Assembly: GCA_951406725.2 (NCBI GenBank)
Contig: OX597817.1
Span: 51,398,001-51,462,000 of the forward strand
Direction of reading: 5' to 3'
DNA: 64,000 nt
Origin: Octopus vulgaris
Taxonomy: Eukaryota
How positions within the stretch are numbered: the first letter of the stretch is position 1; each line of letters begins with the position of its first letter. Of the stretch, positions 51,385 through 64,000 are shown piece after piece. Below the pieces are notes generated by a model. The model was not told the DNA's origin and did not search any database. It worked only from the letters and a program-made list of their open reading frames with translations. Both the position numbers and the translations under genes were made by a program.

Positions 51385-54212
51385 GATCGGTTTTTTTTTT
51401 TTTTCGGACACACCACCCACACCCACCCACCCACCTACCTCCCACACGCCTGTTCACACACACACATACGTAGACCCATCTACGTACATACATTCACACA
51501 TTTAATCACACACACTTACAGACACACATGCACATACACACACACATACATACATACACACACGCATACATACTTACACACACACACACACACACAGACA
51601 TACATACACACATACACACACACATACATACGCACATACATACACACACACTCACACACACACACCGCACGTACATACTTCACACACACACACATGCACA
51701 CATACATGTAGGCACATACATACATACATACCCACACATGCACACCCGTACACTGAATGCACACACACATACACCTTTTTGCATCCAGGCAGCCCCCCTC
51801 TTTTCTGCTTTCCGGTTTTGGCTGATGGATCCTCGGTTCCCGCGTAGCGGGGCGTTCGAGGGCCTTTGCGCTCGCGCGCCTTGGCGCGCGCTGGGGCTCG
51901 GTCGGCCCCTTTGGGCTTGCGTTGTACTGCTTGTGCGTTGTGTGCGTGGGCGCGCTTCGTGTGTGTGGGCTTGCTTCGGATGTGCGCATGCGTATGTTTG
52001 CATACATACCCACACACTCGCATGCATCCCTACCCACATACATACACGCACACCTACTCACACACACACATACACACACACACATACCCGCACACACACA
52101 CACATACATACATACACACACATACCCACTTCAGACATACACACACACAGACATACACCCATACACTCACACTCACACGCATACACACACACACATACAC
52201 ACGCACACGTACACATACACACACACACACACCTACATACATACATTACACTTGTATACACACACACTTACATTCATACACACACACCTACACAGCCATA
52301 CCCTCACTCAGACACACACATCTACCTACACACACACACAAACACACACTGACACACACCCATACATACATACATCTACACACTCACGCCTACACACATA
52401 CATACACACATACATAAACACACACACATACACATACACACACATACGCACACACGCATATACTTATACACATGCACACACACACACATACATACATACA
52501 CCCATATACATACACACACACATACCTACATACTCCTATACGCACATACATACACACATACACACTCACAAAAACATACACACACACATACTTACACACA
52601 CACTCACCTGCACGCGCACACACATGCATGACAAACACCCATACACTCACACTCACATACGCACACACCAACATAAACACGCACACGCACACACACACCT
52701 ACACTCCCACACACATACGCACGCACCTACATACACACACGCACGCATACACACGCATACACACACACATACACACACATGCATGCACACACACACACAC
52801 AAACATGCACGGACACACCCAGACATACATACACACACCTATATACACACGCCCACACACCTACATACACACACATATACACACGCCCACACAGCTACAT
52901 ACACACACATACATACACACATACACGGACACACCCATACATACTTACATACATACACCTATACACACACGCCTACACACCTACACACACACATGCATAC
53001 ACACACACATGTACGCACATACACACACATATACGCACATACATATATACCCACACACATGCACACACACACACATACGCACATGCATGCACGCATGCAC
53101 ACGCGCACACCTACACGCATACACACACACACACGCACGTACACATACATACATACACACACGCATACATACACCCATACACATACATGCATCCTACACA
53201 CACATACATACACACTCACACATACATACACACACACGCACTCACTCACACACCTGTATGTTCGCGCACACACATGCACATACACACACTTCCCCACACC
53301 CACACGTACATACATACACACTCATACACATACACACACACACACACACGGACATACATCTATGCACACACATACATACACACATACTCACATACATTCA
53401 TCGGACACACTGCCACCCAGACATACACACAGACACACTCACACATCCACACACACACATACGTACGCGCACACTCGCAGGCGCGCGCACACACGCGCTT
53501 GCGCCGGTTCGCGCACGCATGCGCGCCGCATGCACCTCGCCCTTGGACCCGACGAGACCTCCCGCCCGTTCCTGGGATGTCGCTTGTCGTTGGGTTTTCC
53601 CACGCCCGTCTCCGCGGGACCACTCTTCCATCTTCCCCTCCGCTGGAGTCCTTTTCCTTAACCCCCCCCTTTTTCGTTACACACACGCGCACACATATAC
53701 ACACATTGCTTAAACATATACATTACTCTTACACACATTCAATCTACTCGCCATTAATACTACCACGACACTGGACACACACACACACTACTACCCAACA
53801 CACGCTGGCACGCTACATACGCCCCCACCCCTTCCCCTCCCTCCCTTCCTCCTTCCTCCCTTTTCTTACTACTGACCTTTGTCTGCTATGCTGCTGCTAT
53901 GCTGACCACCGTCTCGCCCTACCTCACACGCCTACACACAGACGCACACACTAACACATACATATATTTTTTGTTTTTTTATCTCGCCTCACACACACAC
54001 ATACACACACGCACACGCACACACTCACACATACACACACATCTGTTGCGTTACCAACCTTGTCTCCACTCTTTTGCCTTTAAAAACCCACTTTGCTCTT
54101 GTTATCGTAAACATCCGCCTTTCACCATGTGTAACTCCTAACACCAGTCGTTTTTTTCTCTATCTCCGTGGCCCGCTCTGGGATCTTTCTTTCCTCTCTC
54201 TTCCTTCTTTAT

Positions 54213-54247
54213 GTTTCCGACGAAGAGCTCCGCTCGAAACGTCATAC
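54213..54247 (+). ncRNA. Minimal hammerhead variant (U4C) in the PLE 3' end
   Basis: GTTT-CCGACGA-A-GAGC-TCC-GCTC-GAAACGTC-ATAC. Confidence 0.7.
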
Positions 54248-54332
54248 CTCCCTGCTTCCATTTCCTGAGCGCCTATTAATAATAATACTGTAATTGTTCC
54301 ATTGTTGTTGTTTTTTGTTTCCCGTTTGGATT

Positions 54333-54387
<55 letters not shown>

Positions 54388-54490
54388 TATGTGTGTATGT
54401 GTGTGTGTTTGTCGTCTCCCCTCTGAATATCAACCTATGTTGGTTTGTTTACGTACCTGTATTGTAGCGGGGAATTTGTGTGTTGGACCA

Positions 54491-54815
54491 TATTTCATTA
54501 TGTCTGGGAAGAGTCATTCTCTTTTAGTGCATTATTATTTAATACACTCACCGGTTCGATTTCCACTCATTTACTGAAATATTTCAATTTTTTTTTATTT
54601 TTATTTTTATTTAAAATTTATTTTTTCCAATTTATGTTTCCTACGCAACGAAAATTTAGGAGTGGCTGTGTGGTAAGTAGCTTGCTTACGAAACACATGG
54701 TTCCTGGTTCAGTCCCACCGCGTGGCTCCTTGGGCAAGTGTCTTCCACTGTAGCCTCGGGCTAACCAAAGCCTTGTGAGGTGGATTTGGTAGGCGGAAAC
54801 TGAAAGAAGCCTGTC

Positions 54816-54874
<59 letters not shown>

Positions 54875-55192
54875 TGTATGTGTGTGTTTGTGTTTGTTTG
54901 TGTTTGTGTGTCTGTGTTTGTCCCCCAACATCGCTTGACAACCAAATGCTGATGTGTTTACGTCCCCGTAACTTAGCGGTTCGGCAAATGAGGCCGATAG
55001 AATAAGTACTAGGCTTACAAAATACAAGTCCTGGGATCGATTTGCTCGACTAAAGGCGGTGCTTCAGCATGGCCACAGTCAAATGAGTGAAACAAGTAAA
55101 AGAGCAAAAGAGTAAGAAAATGAGTGGAAATCGAACCGGTGAGTGTGTCAAATAATAAGGCACTACAAGAGAATGATTCACCCAAGGCATGA
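54491..55192. mobile_element. Second copy of the 17043-17272 foldback element, split by a SINE-A (54659-55117, +)
   Basis: CACTCACCGGTTCGATTTCCACTCATTT / AAATGAGTGGAAATCGAACCGGTGAGTG arms; shared internal ACGCAACGAAAATTT. Confidence 0.8.
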
Positions 55193-55532
55193 TAATTACA
55201 TTTTGGAAGCCCCGTAATGGTTTCCCTTCATTCTAGTTTGATCAGGCTATATCACATCACAAAATGTCAAACGGCAGATTACAGAATGCAGATGATGTAA
55301 TCTGGTTTCCTGTTAAGTCATCTGCAGGCTAATCACAGAACATTCCAACTCTATTAGATAAATCATAAGTATTACTTCATATGTACTAAATCATATATAT
55401 TACAGACATGATATGTGACAGACTTCAGTTCACAGAACGAAGTATGAACTGTGTTGGTGTCGAGAACAGATAATTAATTCCTCACTTAATCAAATAGTTT
55501 TAATTCTTCCCTTCAAGTTAGGGGTTACTTGA

Positions 55533-57523
55533 TAATTTAATGGAAAGGGTAGTATTCGCATTTTATTCACACAGGAAATCAAGATTTTCACTAACGGGTC
55601 TCTCATAGTTCTTGTTGTTTAGTGACCGCTCTGTTATACACTGTATGCTAAGAACGATGGAAAGCAATTAAATTTTTTTTAGTTATATATTTATTTACTG
55701 TTATACAAACTGTCAGTAAATCGCTTTTTGTAGATTTATCATGGTATCACTGTGTAACCAGGCGCAGGTCTGGCTATGCGGTTAAGAGATTCGCTTTCCA
55801 ACCATTAGGTTTCGAGTTCAATCTTACTATGCGGCACCTTGCGCAAATGCCTTCTACTTCAGTCGACGAATCTATTTTTTCTTCTACTCAAGGCACAAGG
55901 CCTGAAATTTTGGGGGAGGGGGCCAGTCGATTAGATCGACCCCAGTACGCAAATGGTACTTAATTTATCGATCACGAAAGGATGAAAGGCAAGGTCGACC
56001 TCGGTGGAATTAGAACTCAGAACGTAACGACAGACTAAATACCTATTTCTTTACTACCCACAAGGGGCTAAACACAGAGAGGACAAACAAGGACAGACAA
56101 ACGGATTAAGTCGATTACATCTACTCTAATGGCTAACTGGTACTTAATTTATCGACCTCGAAAGGATGAAGGGCAAAGTCGACCGCGGCGGAATTTGAAC
56201 TCAGAACGTAACAGCAGACGAAATACGTCTACGCATTTCGTCCGGCGTGCTAACGTTTCTGCCAGCTCACCGCCTTAGTCAAACAATCTATTTTGAGTGG
56301 ATATAGTAAACGGAAACATTGTGGAATTCCGTCGTAATCATACGCACGTGTTTATGGTCTTGTGTTTTTTCTTCATGTTTCTTCCCTTTCCACCGCCTGA
56401 GAACCGATGTTACTTTGTTCACATGCCCGCAACTTGGCGCATCGTCAAAGAGATCAACGTGATCATTACCAGGCGTCCGGGGTTTTTTTTTCGACTAAAA
56501 CCCTCTCAAAGCGATGCCTCAACATGGACGCAGTCCATTAAGTGAAACATCTACAAGATTATAGATAAAAGGTGTTGAAAAATTGTTCTTTCTTTTCATT
56601 GTCACGTCTCTAATACTTTTGGCCGTTGTGGTATCACTCGTTGTAAATATTCTGCCAAATATGGCTATGTTTTTTGTTGCATTTGTTCTCACAATGTATT
56701 CTTGTTTCCAAATCAGCGAAAAAGTTGCTTCGGATGCATTCCTATAAAAGACGTTATATCACAGACTTAACGGTATATGGACGTTTGGCCTGAGTTCAAA
56801 TTCCGCCGAGATCGACTTTGCCTTTCATACTTTCGGGGTCGATTAAATAAGTACCAGTTACGCACTGGGGACGATATAATCGACTTAATCCGTTTGTCTG
56901 TCCTTGTTTGTCCCCTCTGTGTTTAGTCCCTTGTGGGTAGTAAAGAAATAGGTATGTGGACGTTTAGGGATCCCTTTTCTTTTCTCTTTTCTTCTTTTAA
57001 CGTCCAGCGTAAGGTATCCTACGCTAAACATTACGGAGATGGAAACAAAGCAACACCGGTTCTAAAGCGGTACAAAGGGAATAAACACGAACCGAAAAAC
57101 GCATGCCCCCCCCCCCCCACACACACGTGTGTATGATATATACGACAGGATTCTGGACAGTTTCTGTTTACCACTTCCACTCACAAGATAATGGTTGTTT
57201 AGATTATAGTATGCGGCACTTGCGCAAGGTGCCACGAGGCAGCACTGAACTTGAAATCTCATTGTCGCAAAGCGAGCTTCTTAACCACATACCCACGTCT
57301 ACGCCTGGATACGCAGTATGTCATGCTAAACCTACAAAAATATATTTACTGAAAAACTATAACAATATATAAATAAATACAAAATGAAAATTTGCTTTCC
57401 ATTGATCTTAACATACACTCTACCCCAGAGCGGTCACTAAACAACAGGAACAATTCAAGAACCGTTAGGGAAAATCTTGATTCCCAGTTTCAATAAAATG
57501 CAAACACTACCCTTTCCATTAAT
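55533..57523. repeat. Diverged ~100-bp inverted repeats 1.8 kb apart (55533-55632 / 57426-57523)
   Basis: TGTTGTTTAGTGACCGCTCTG / CAGAGCGGTCACTAAACAACA and TAATGGAAAGGGTAGT / ACTACCCTTTCCATTA. Confidence 0.75.
55880..56276 (-). mobile_element. SINE-B dimer
   Basis: Similarity to 17508-17923. Confidence 0.85.
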
Positions 57524-59909
57524 TCGTGCCATCCTTAAATTATGTGAATGCTACGTTTTCCATTAAATTGGAATAAATTGACATGAATTATATTCCTTTT
57601 GAACACTTGTAGCTCAGTACGTGCGTGGAAAAGTTAGAAAAGTATGAGTAGGGCGGAAATACGCAAGTACAGAATTGCTGTGTAGTAAGGAATGTGTGTA
57701 CTGCTTTGTCCACGACAAATTCCTTGTGGAAGTTTGGTGGCGTGAATGTTTAAATGATCTGAGAGCTATATCAACGGAACGCAAGTTCGTACGTCCTCCC
57801 ATGTTGGATATATCAAAGGATACAGGCCAGAATAATACAGACCAGCTCTTCCTAGAGATAAAAGTGGGTTTTGTAGGGGGGCAACACTACAATCAAGAAA
57901 AGAATAAAATTACTAAAGTATCGATGGCAATTTAAAGCCAACGAGACAGAGATGAGGGCCTTACGTGATTCAGCGAAATCCGAAATGGAATTGCAAGCTC
58001 GACTCCCCTATCGACCACTATGATACAACGCAGAATCGAGACTAGTGGAGGAAAGACGTCGATAACCTATGCTTCATCGCGTGCAAGAGCCCAAGTAAAT
58101 ATTGAAGCCAGCGAGATACAAGGCACAAAGGCTATTATAGTATCAAGGTCGCTCGCCTATGTTACTTTGGGCCGATTTAAAGCAAATGCATTTGTGGCGA
58201 AGGTAATAGTTATCATTGTGTGTGGTGCTTCAATTATTAACTTATAGAAAGCTGTTTGATTGTGCATCTGTTCTGTGGCAGATGGGAAAGATAGTCTCTG
58301 GCTGTAAGCAGATAACTCTCACGCAAAATATAACATCGAATTTTCAGATTTCATTTTATCTATTTAAGAAAGGTGGCTTAAACTAGGTTTGTGAGAGAGA
58401 AAATTGAGAATAATATTTTTGAAGCTGTAAGTTAGCGTATTTTACAATGTGGGGATTTTGCTTGATATTCTTTGCATATGAAGGGCTTTCAGCTTTTAAT
58501 TTACCTCCCAAACGCTCGAAAAACATGTACGAAAAATATATTAGAACTGATAATCTCATTTAGCAATAAAACAATCAAATGATTGACAAGTTTATTGCAT
58601 CTCACTGTTTTCAGCCAAGGAACTGAAGATTAAATGCTGACTAAAATATTCTCATCTTTAATTATATTATTTCCGTTACATTTCTATAAATAGGTCATCT
58701 TCCATTGGTTTAGCAAAAATGATTTTAGCATATTAGACCCATAGATATGAATATATGAGCGACTTTAAGCCTATGCACGCGCATGCGTGTGTCCATGTTT
58801 GTAGGCGTATTACTTTATATATATATGCCTATGTGTGTATACGTATGTGGCGTATCCGTGCCTTTACTTATTTATTATGTATGAGGAAGGTCACAAGGTG
58901 AAGGACGGAAAGTCGTAGATCCGAGGTTCTGTTTGTTTTAGATTTAGAAGCGTATTCGACATTAAGGCGTCATTCCTCTAATGGAAAATAATACTAATCA
59001 ATAAGAATTATCTGCTAAACCATAAATCCTTCGAGCTATAGGTCTCTGTTTATCATTCCCGTCTATCACACTAAGATGTTAAACAAAAGATTTAAAGCAT
59101 AATTTTATCTAAGCTATTCAAATAATACAAATACATGCTGAGCAGTCTTGGATGGAGGAATTAATAGAACCGGAGAAAACATTTTCTGTCATTCAGTTAT
59201 GGCTTTTAATATTTTATTTTCTAGCTTTGCTTCTCGTTCAGATCGACTTTGACTGCATAATTGTTAAGTTGTTAGTATAAGAACCTTCTAAGTTCAGAGG
59301 TCGATATATAATAGATAATGTTACGGTAGCCATGCTCGGTATGACAACAATAGAACGAATGGAAACAGTTTATAAGTTTATACATTTAAACATAATTAGT
59401 TTCACTATCTATGTACCGCAAATTAGTGTATATTGTCCTGCTGTGTTGTTTCTATCTTTTTTCTCCTATTTTATCGGGCACGTAATTTGATTTCCTCATT
59501 ATATAATTATTTTATAAATGAAGCTGGCGCCTGTCAATATTTTTTCATCTTAGCTTGTCGAGCCCTAGGAATCATAAGGCCTGCTACTTTGACACAAAGT
59601 TTACCAAAACATCAATGTTTTCCTTGAACGGTACGTTATCCTATCGACCCGAAAGGGGTGAAACGTCAAACTCATCCTAACACTTGGCTGGTACATTATT
59701 CTATCGACCCGAAAGGGATGAAACGTCAAGCTCATCTCGGCAAGGTTTTAACTTAGAACGTTAAAGAGTCGAAAAATACTCCTAAGCATTTTGTCCGCCG
59801 CACTTAAGATTTTATCAACTCACTGCTTCACCTTTATCATTAACCGGTTTTAATTTTGCTTTGCAGTAATTTGTCTGTAATTTACGGAACCGGAAATATT
59901 ATCCTAGAT

Positions 59910-60122
59910 TATACAGTTCTATATTTAAGAGATGAGGAATTATTTACATTATTTACATTCGACGGATATTGGTCCTCATCTTGTTTGTTGTTAACGCAAC
60001 GTTTTGGTTGATATACCCTCCAGCCTTTATAAGGTGTATTAGGGAACCCAGTTTCGAAATTTACCCAACAACAAACAAGTTGAGGACAAATATCTCTCAA
60101 ATGTAAATAATGTAAATAATTA
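59910..60122. mobile_element. Family E element, minus copy with dead hammerhead plus an inverted 3' fragment
   Basis: Matches 16345-16470 and 16617-16680; core reads CTTATAA..AAAACGTT. Confidence 0.75.
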
Positions 60123-60474
60123 CTCTAGATTGTTTTAACTGTTATTATTGGCTGAAACGTTAGTACGCTGGACAAAGTGCTTAGCGTCATTTCGCCCATC
60201 CTTACGTTCTGAGTTCAAATTCAGCCGAGATCAACTTTGTCTTTCATCCTTTCGGGGTCGACAAATTAAGTACCAGTGAAACACTGGCATCAATATAATC
60301 GACTACTCCCTTCCTGCCAAATTCCAGAGTTTGTGGAAATGATTATTTACCCGAAGAATAACAAGAACACTTTCCTGGCTAAGGAGCACCCCATATTATT
60401 CGATGCTGTGAACCTAGGGCAAAACATTAGTCCCTGCTTCTGTACCCTACTATAAAAATATAATTTTCATATAG

Positions 60475-60661
60475 GAACAGACATGGCTGTGTGATTAACG
60501 AGATTGATTTGCAACCGGGTGGTCTCGGTTTCAGTCTCAATGCGTGGCACTTTAGGTAATTATTTCCTACAGGAGCCCCGGTTCACGCCGGTGCCTTGTA
60601 AGCGCATTTGATAGACTGAAGCTCTGAAAACCCGTTGTATATACATACATGCATACATACA

Positions 60662-60737
<76 letters not shown>

Positions 60738-60950
60738 CGTGCGTATGTGTGTGTCTTTCTGTTTGTGTCGGTCCCATGACAGCTTAAACACCGTTTGTTT
60801 GTTTGTGTCCTCGTAACTTCACGTTTCGGCATAGGAGACTGATAGGTTAAATACCAAACTTACAAAAATAAACATTAAGGTGTATTTATTGCAATACAAT
60901 CTGCAAGACTGTGCTCCAGCATGGGCGCCGTTCAGTTAGTGAAGAAAACA
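60475..60950 (+). mobile_element. SINE-A, diverged
   Basis: Colinear similarity to 4438-4845. Confidence 0.7.
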
Positions 60951-62575
60951 AAACATAACCCTATACATACTGATTTTAATTTCAAAACAAATCAGTGTAC
61001 TAGCAACCGCTGGCAATGCCCTGTTTTTCTTCTTCTTTCTTTTTTCCTTTACGACAGGATCTAGGAGAGATTTGTTGTTAGAAAATAATTACACACAAAT
61101 AACAAACCCCCACTGAATCCCCACCAAAACAAACGGCCTACCTAGTTGCACCTTCAAAATTCTTCACTTCAAGAGCGCTGCGAAACAACGTCTTGACAAT
61201 ACCAGTGTAGCAGTAACTGACTAACGCATGCGCAGTAAGCAAGCTCCTTACCACACAGCCACTCCTGCATCTATATTTAAATTTTATGATTATCAGTCTC
61301 GGCCGGGCAATTAAGGTATTAGATTACCGATTGTGACATCATTGTTTCGATTCCTGGAGAAGGTGACGAGTTACTGCCTTGAGGAAGGCTCATCATTTCA
61401 CATTGCTCTAGTTTGCCTACCTGAAACTCAGTACTAGTCAAGTGATGGCGTAATACTCTCTCCCTCCAGCAGTCACATATTCGATATTGCGCTGGTTAAA
61501 ACTGAAAGGGCTGAGAGTCTCTCCATCTAATAGAGTCACTTTTAAGACATCTCTACAGATTCTCTATAGAATTTAGAGCCAGCATGGAAAGTACGACATT
61601 TCTAATACGAATATGCCAACGTAAACAATGCGACCAAACACAGAGAAGTAGGAAGTTGGCGTTTCATGAGCTATTGGGGGTTTTTTTCAGCAGCATATCG
61701 AACCTTTTAACCATTCACGGATTCATTGCTTAAATAGATTTGAAGTTGAGCAGTGTCACACTATTGGATAGAGCAATTTACACTTAAATGGGACTGAATC
61801 CCAGTGCTGACACAAAAGACAGAAAACAGAAATGACTTATAATGATTATTGAACGAATTACGATGTCCTTCTTAGTAAAGAACCGAGTACAATACAAACT
61901 CCTACAGCAATTAGTGAAAGAATGATTTATGCTACAAATCCATACACGATTACGCGCGATTCATAAGGGTTATTATGTGGCCCATTGAGTTAACAGGCGC
62001 CACATTCGTCTGCACAAAATCTTGATACTCGCGAATCGAATGAAAACCCATACGCTGTGTGTTTTAACGTCTTATCGACTTTACGCGCTGCAAACCTCTT
62101 CTCAAAACAAGACGCTGAGTAAAATATAACAAAGAAAGAAAAAAAAACGTCAATTTTTTTTTTTTCCGTTCATGTTTTCCTTTATTATATCTTAGAATTT
62201 ATAACTCACGAAAAACAATTTGTTTCTGGTTTGAATACAACATTAATAAAAAAAAAAAATTCCAATGTGCAAAAAGCGTATTAAGTAACAGATATCTTTT
62301 TCACATTTCCTCGAAATCATGAATGCTATAGAGTAAATACATAACATACCATATATACATATATACATATACATATAGATACATATGCACATATATATAT
62401 ACACACACATATATATATGTAAATATATTATATACATACATACACACACACATGTATATATATATACATATATATAGATATATATAGATATATATATTAT
62501 ACACATATATATACACACGTATAGATGTATGTAGGTTTATACATATAAATGAATATTCTATATACATGCATTGAA

Positions 62576-62625
<50 letters not shown>

Positions 62626-62666
62626 TTCAGTGCGTCAATGTTCAAATGGACTCAGAAAAGCATTCC

Positions 62667-62697
<31 letters not shown>

Positions 62698-62707
62698 CAC
62701 ACATACA

Positions 62708-62753
<46 letters not shown>

Positions 62754-63309
62754 CAAATACACACACACGTACACCTATACAGCTCATGCATAGAATGGTA
62801 CTATATTTGCAGATATTTCTTCAGTTCTCTGCAAAGGTTTCCATCCGTTTATTGAAATTCCGTTGTATAAGGTGGATGGTTGGGAAAGCGGTGTCGGTTG
62901 TTACAATGGTAGTTGTTTCTTTTCTATTTTTCCCTCTTTTCTATTTCCCTCATTTCTGATATAGTGCAGCTGCTGCCGTGGCTACTACTGCTGCTGCCAT
63001 TGCAGTAGTATCGGTTTTATGAAACCACGATAGATGAAATATTGTTTTCGTAGCTTTGAGATATAACATTAAAAATCTTTTGTTTTGTGTTTTATCCCCC
63101 TCTTTTTTATAGTTTTCGTTTTCCAACCACACTATAATACACCGTATTGTATGTAACGGAGTTCTTCAGAACTGTACATGGGGTTCTTCACCGCAAAAGT
63201 ATATAGAAGTCTTCACCGCAAGAGGCATAACGCGGTGACTAACGTTAGCAAACTGTTGTATTATTCCAGTTGTCCTCTTCAAGGTTAAAAAATGTATGAC
63301 GTACAAAGG

Positions 63310-63471
63310 GACAGGTGTAGCTGTGTGGTAAGAAGCTTGCTTCCCAACCACATAGTTCTGGGTTCAGTCCCATTGCGTGGTATCTTAAGCATGAGTCTTC
63401 TACGATAGCCTCACTCCAACCTAAGCCTTGGGAGTGGATTTGGTAGACGGAAACTGAAAGAAGCCCTCGTA
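63310..63471 (+). mobile_element. SINE-A head, interrupted by a MITE
   Basis: Matches 4438-4602. Confidence 0.85.
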
Positions 63472-63477
63472 CACTTA

Positions 63478-63996
63478 CCGTAAATCCTCGAGTATAGTCT
63501 GCCCTTGAGTATAATACGCAGGTTTTTTTTAGGGTGCTGTACCTCTGAAAAACCTAAACCTTGTGTATAATACGCACCCCTTCTCTAACTTGAGTCAAGG
63601 AGGTCTATATAACGTCCTTGGTTGGTAAAAATGTATACGGTAACGTCCTTTATTATTATTATTATTGTACATATAACATAATGCAAACGTGTAGCGTTTT
63701 TTGTGCATTTTGTTTGCAGAAAATAAAGAAATAACAGTAATAACCTTTAATAAATGTTGCTTACTGCAATTTATGGATGATTCTTTTATGACTTCATTGC
63801 TTTCTGGCTTAGCTTAAGGTATTTTCGCGCCCGACATCACAAAATGCGTCTGAATAAACATTGCCGGACAGCAAATAGAGACTCGGACATTGCTTAGAAA
63901 ATAATTTTCATTTTTAACCACGTATATAGTACGCACTGGGGATTTTGACCTTTACATTTTGGGGAAAAAATACGGATTATACTCGAGGATGTACGG
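63478..63996. mobile_element. Tc1/mariner-superfamily (pogo/Tigger-like) MITE with TA target duplication
   Basis: TA-CCGTAAATCCTCGAGTATAGTC ... GATTATACTCGAGGATGTACGG-TA, 20/22 TIR match. Confidence 0.85.
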
Positions 63997-64000
63997 TACA

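Larger units (their letters stand above)
50294..54336 (+). mobile_element. Neptune-type PLE with ~2.9-kb CA-rich 3' region and terminal hammerhead-bearing pLTR, inserted in the (TA)n of a SINE-A
   Basis: (TA)n on both sides; SINE-A head at ~50075-50235 and SINE-A body resuming at ~54388-54470. Confidence 0.75.

Noticed and set aside
51516-53954. Long His/Thr-rich and Cys/Val-rich ORFs (up to 579 aa)
   Set aside because: Translation of CA-rich low-complexity DNA that lacks stops in several frames; not protein-like
57600-58130. Possible decayed RTE-like LINE 3' end (similar A-rich tracts at ~15480-15950 and ~24300-24620)
   Set aside because: Motifs too eroded to call without a profile search
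59636-59737. Two ~40-bp direct repeats with a spacer (CRISPR-like)
   Set aside because: Local duplication inside a decayed SINE-B; only two units, eukaryotic context, no cas genes

Overview
AT-rich, microsatellite-saturated eukaryotic non-genic or intronic DNA. The SINE families and repeat style suggest an octopus/coleoid cephalopod (inference). I could not recognise any host-gene exon, and nearly all ORFs in the track are microsatellite artefacts. The real coding remnants are all transposon-derived: a 5'-truncated but stop-free Neptune-type Penelope-like element (RT C-terminus + GIY-YIG, 50294-51384), a second PLE RT fragment, two CR1-group LINE fragments, and mariner pieces. Three abundant tRNA-headed SINE families and several foldback/MITE elements are also present. 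The main unexplained signal is about 17 type-I hammerhead ribozyme motifs (CUGANGA / stem II / GAAA / short palindromic stem III / NUH), intact or decayed, from about a dozen distinct sequence families and on both strands. They sit in small non-coding elements with direct or inverted partial duplications, often flanked by (TA)n. Highlights are a retrozyme-like 1.4-mer at 27019-27754, a foldback with a hammerhead on each strand at 14829-15120, and a multi-copy family whose copy at 16345-16615 has a tRNA-like Pol III head upstream of the hammerhead. All structures were paired by eye; no activity or novelty has been tested, and repeat boundaries are approximate.
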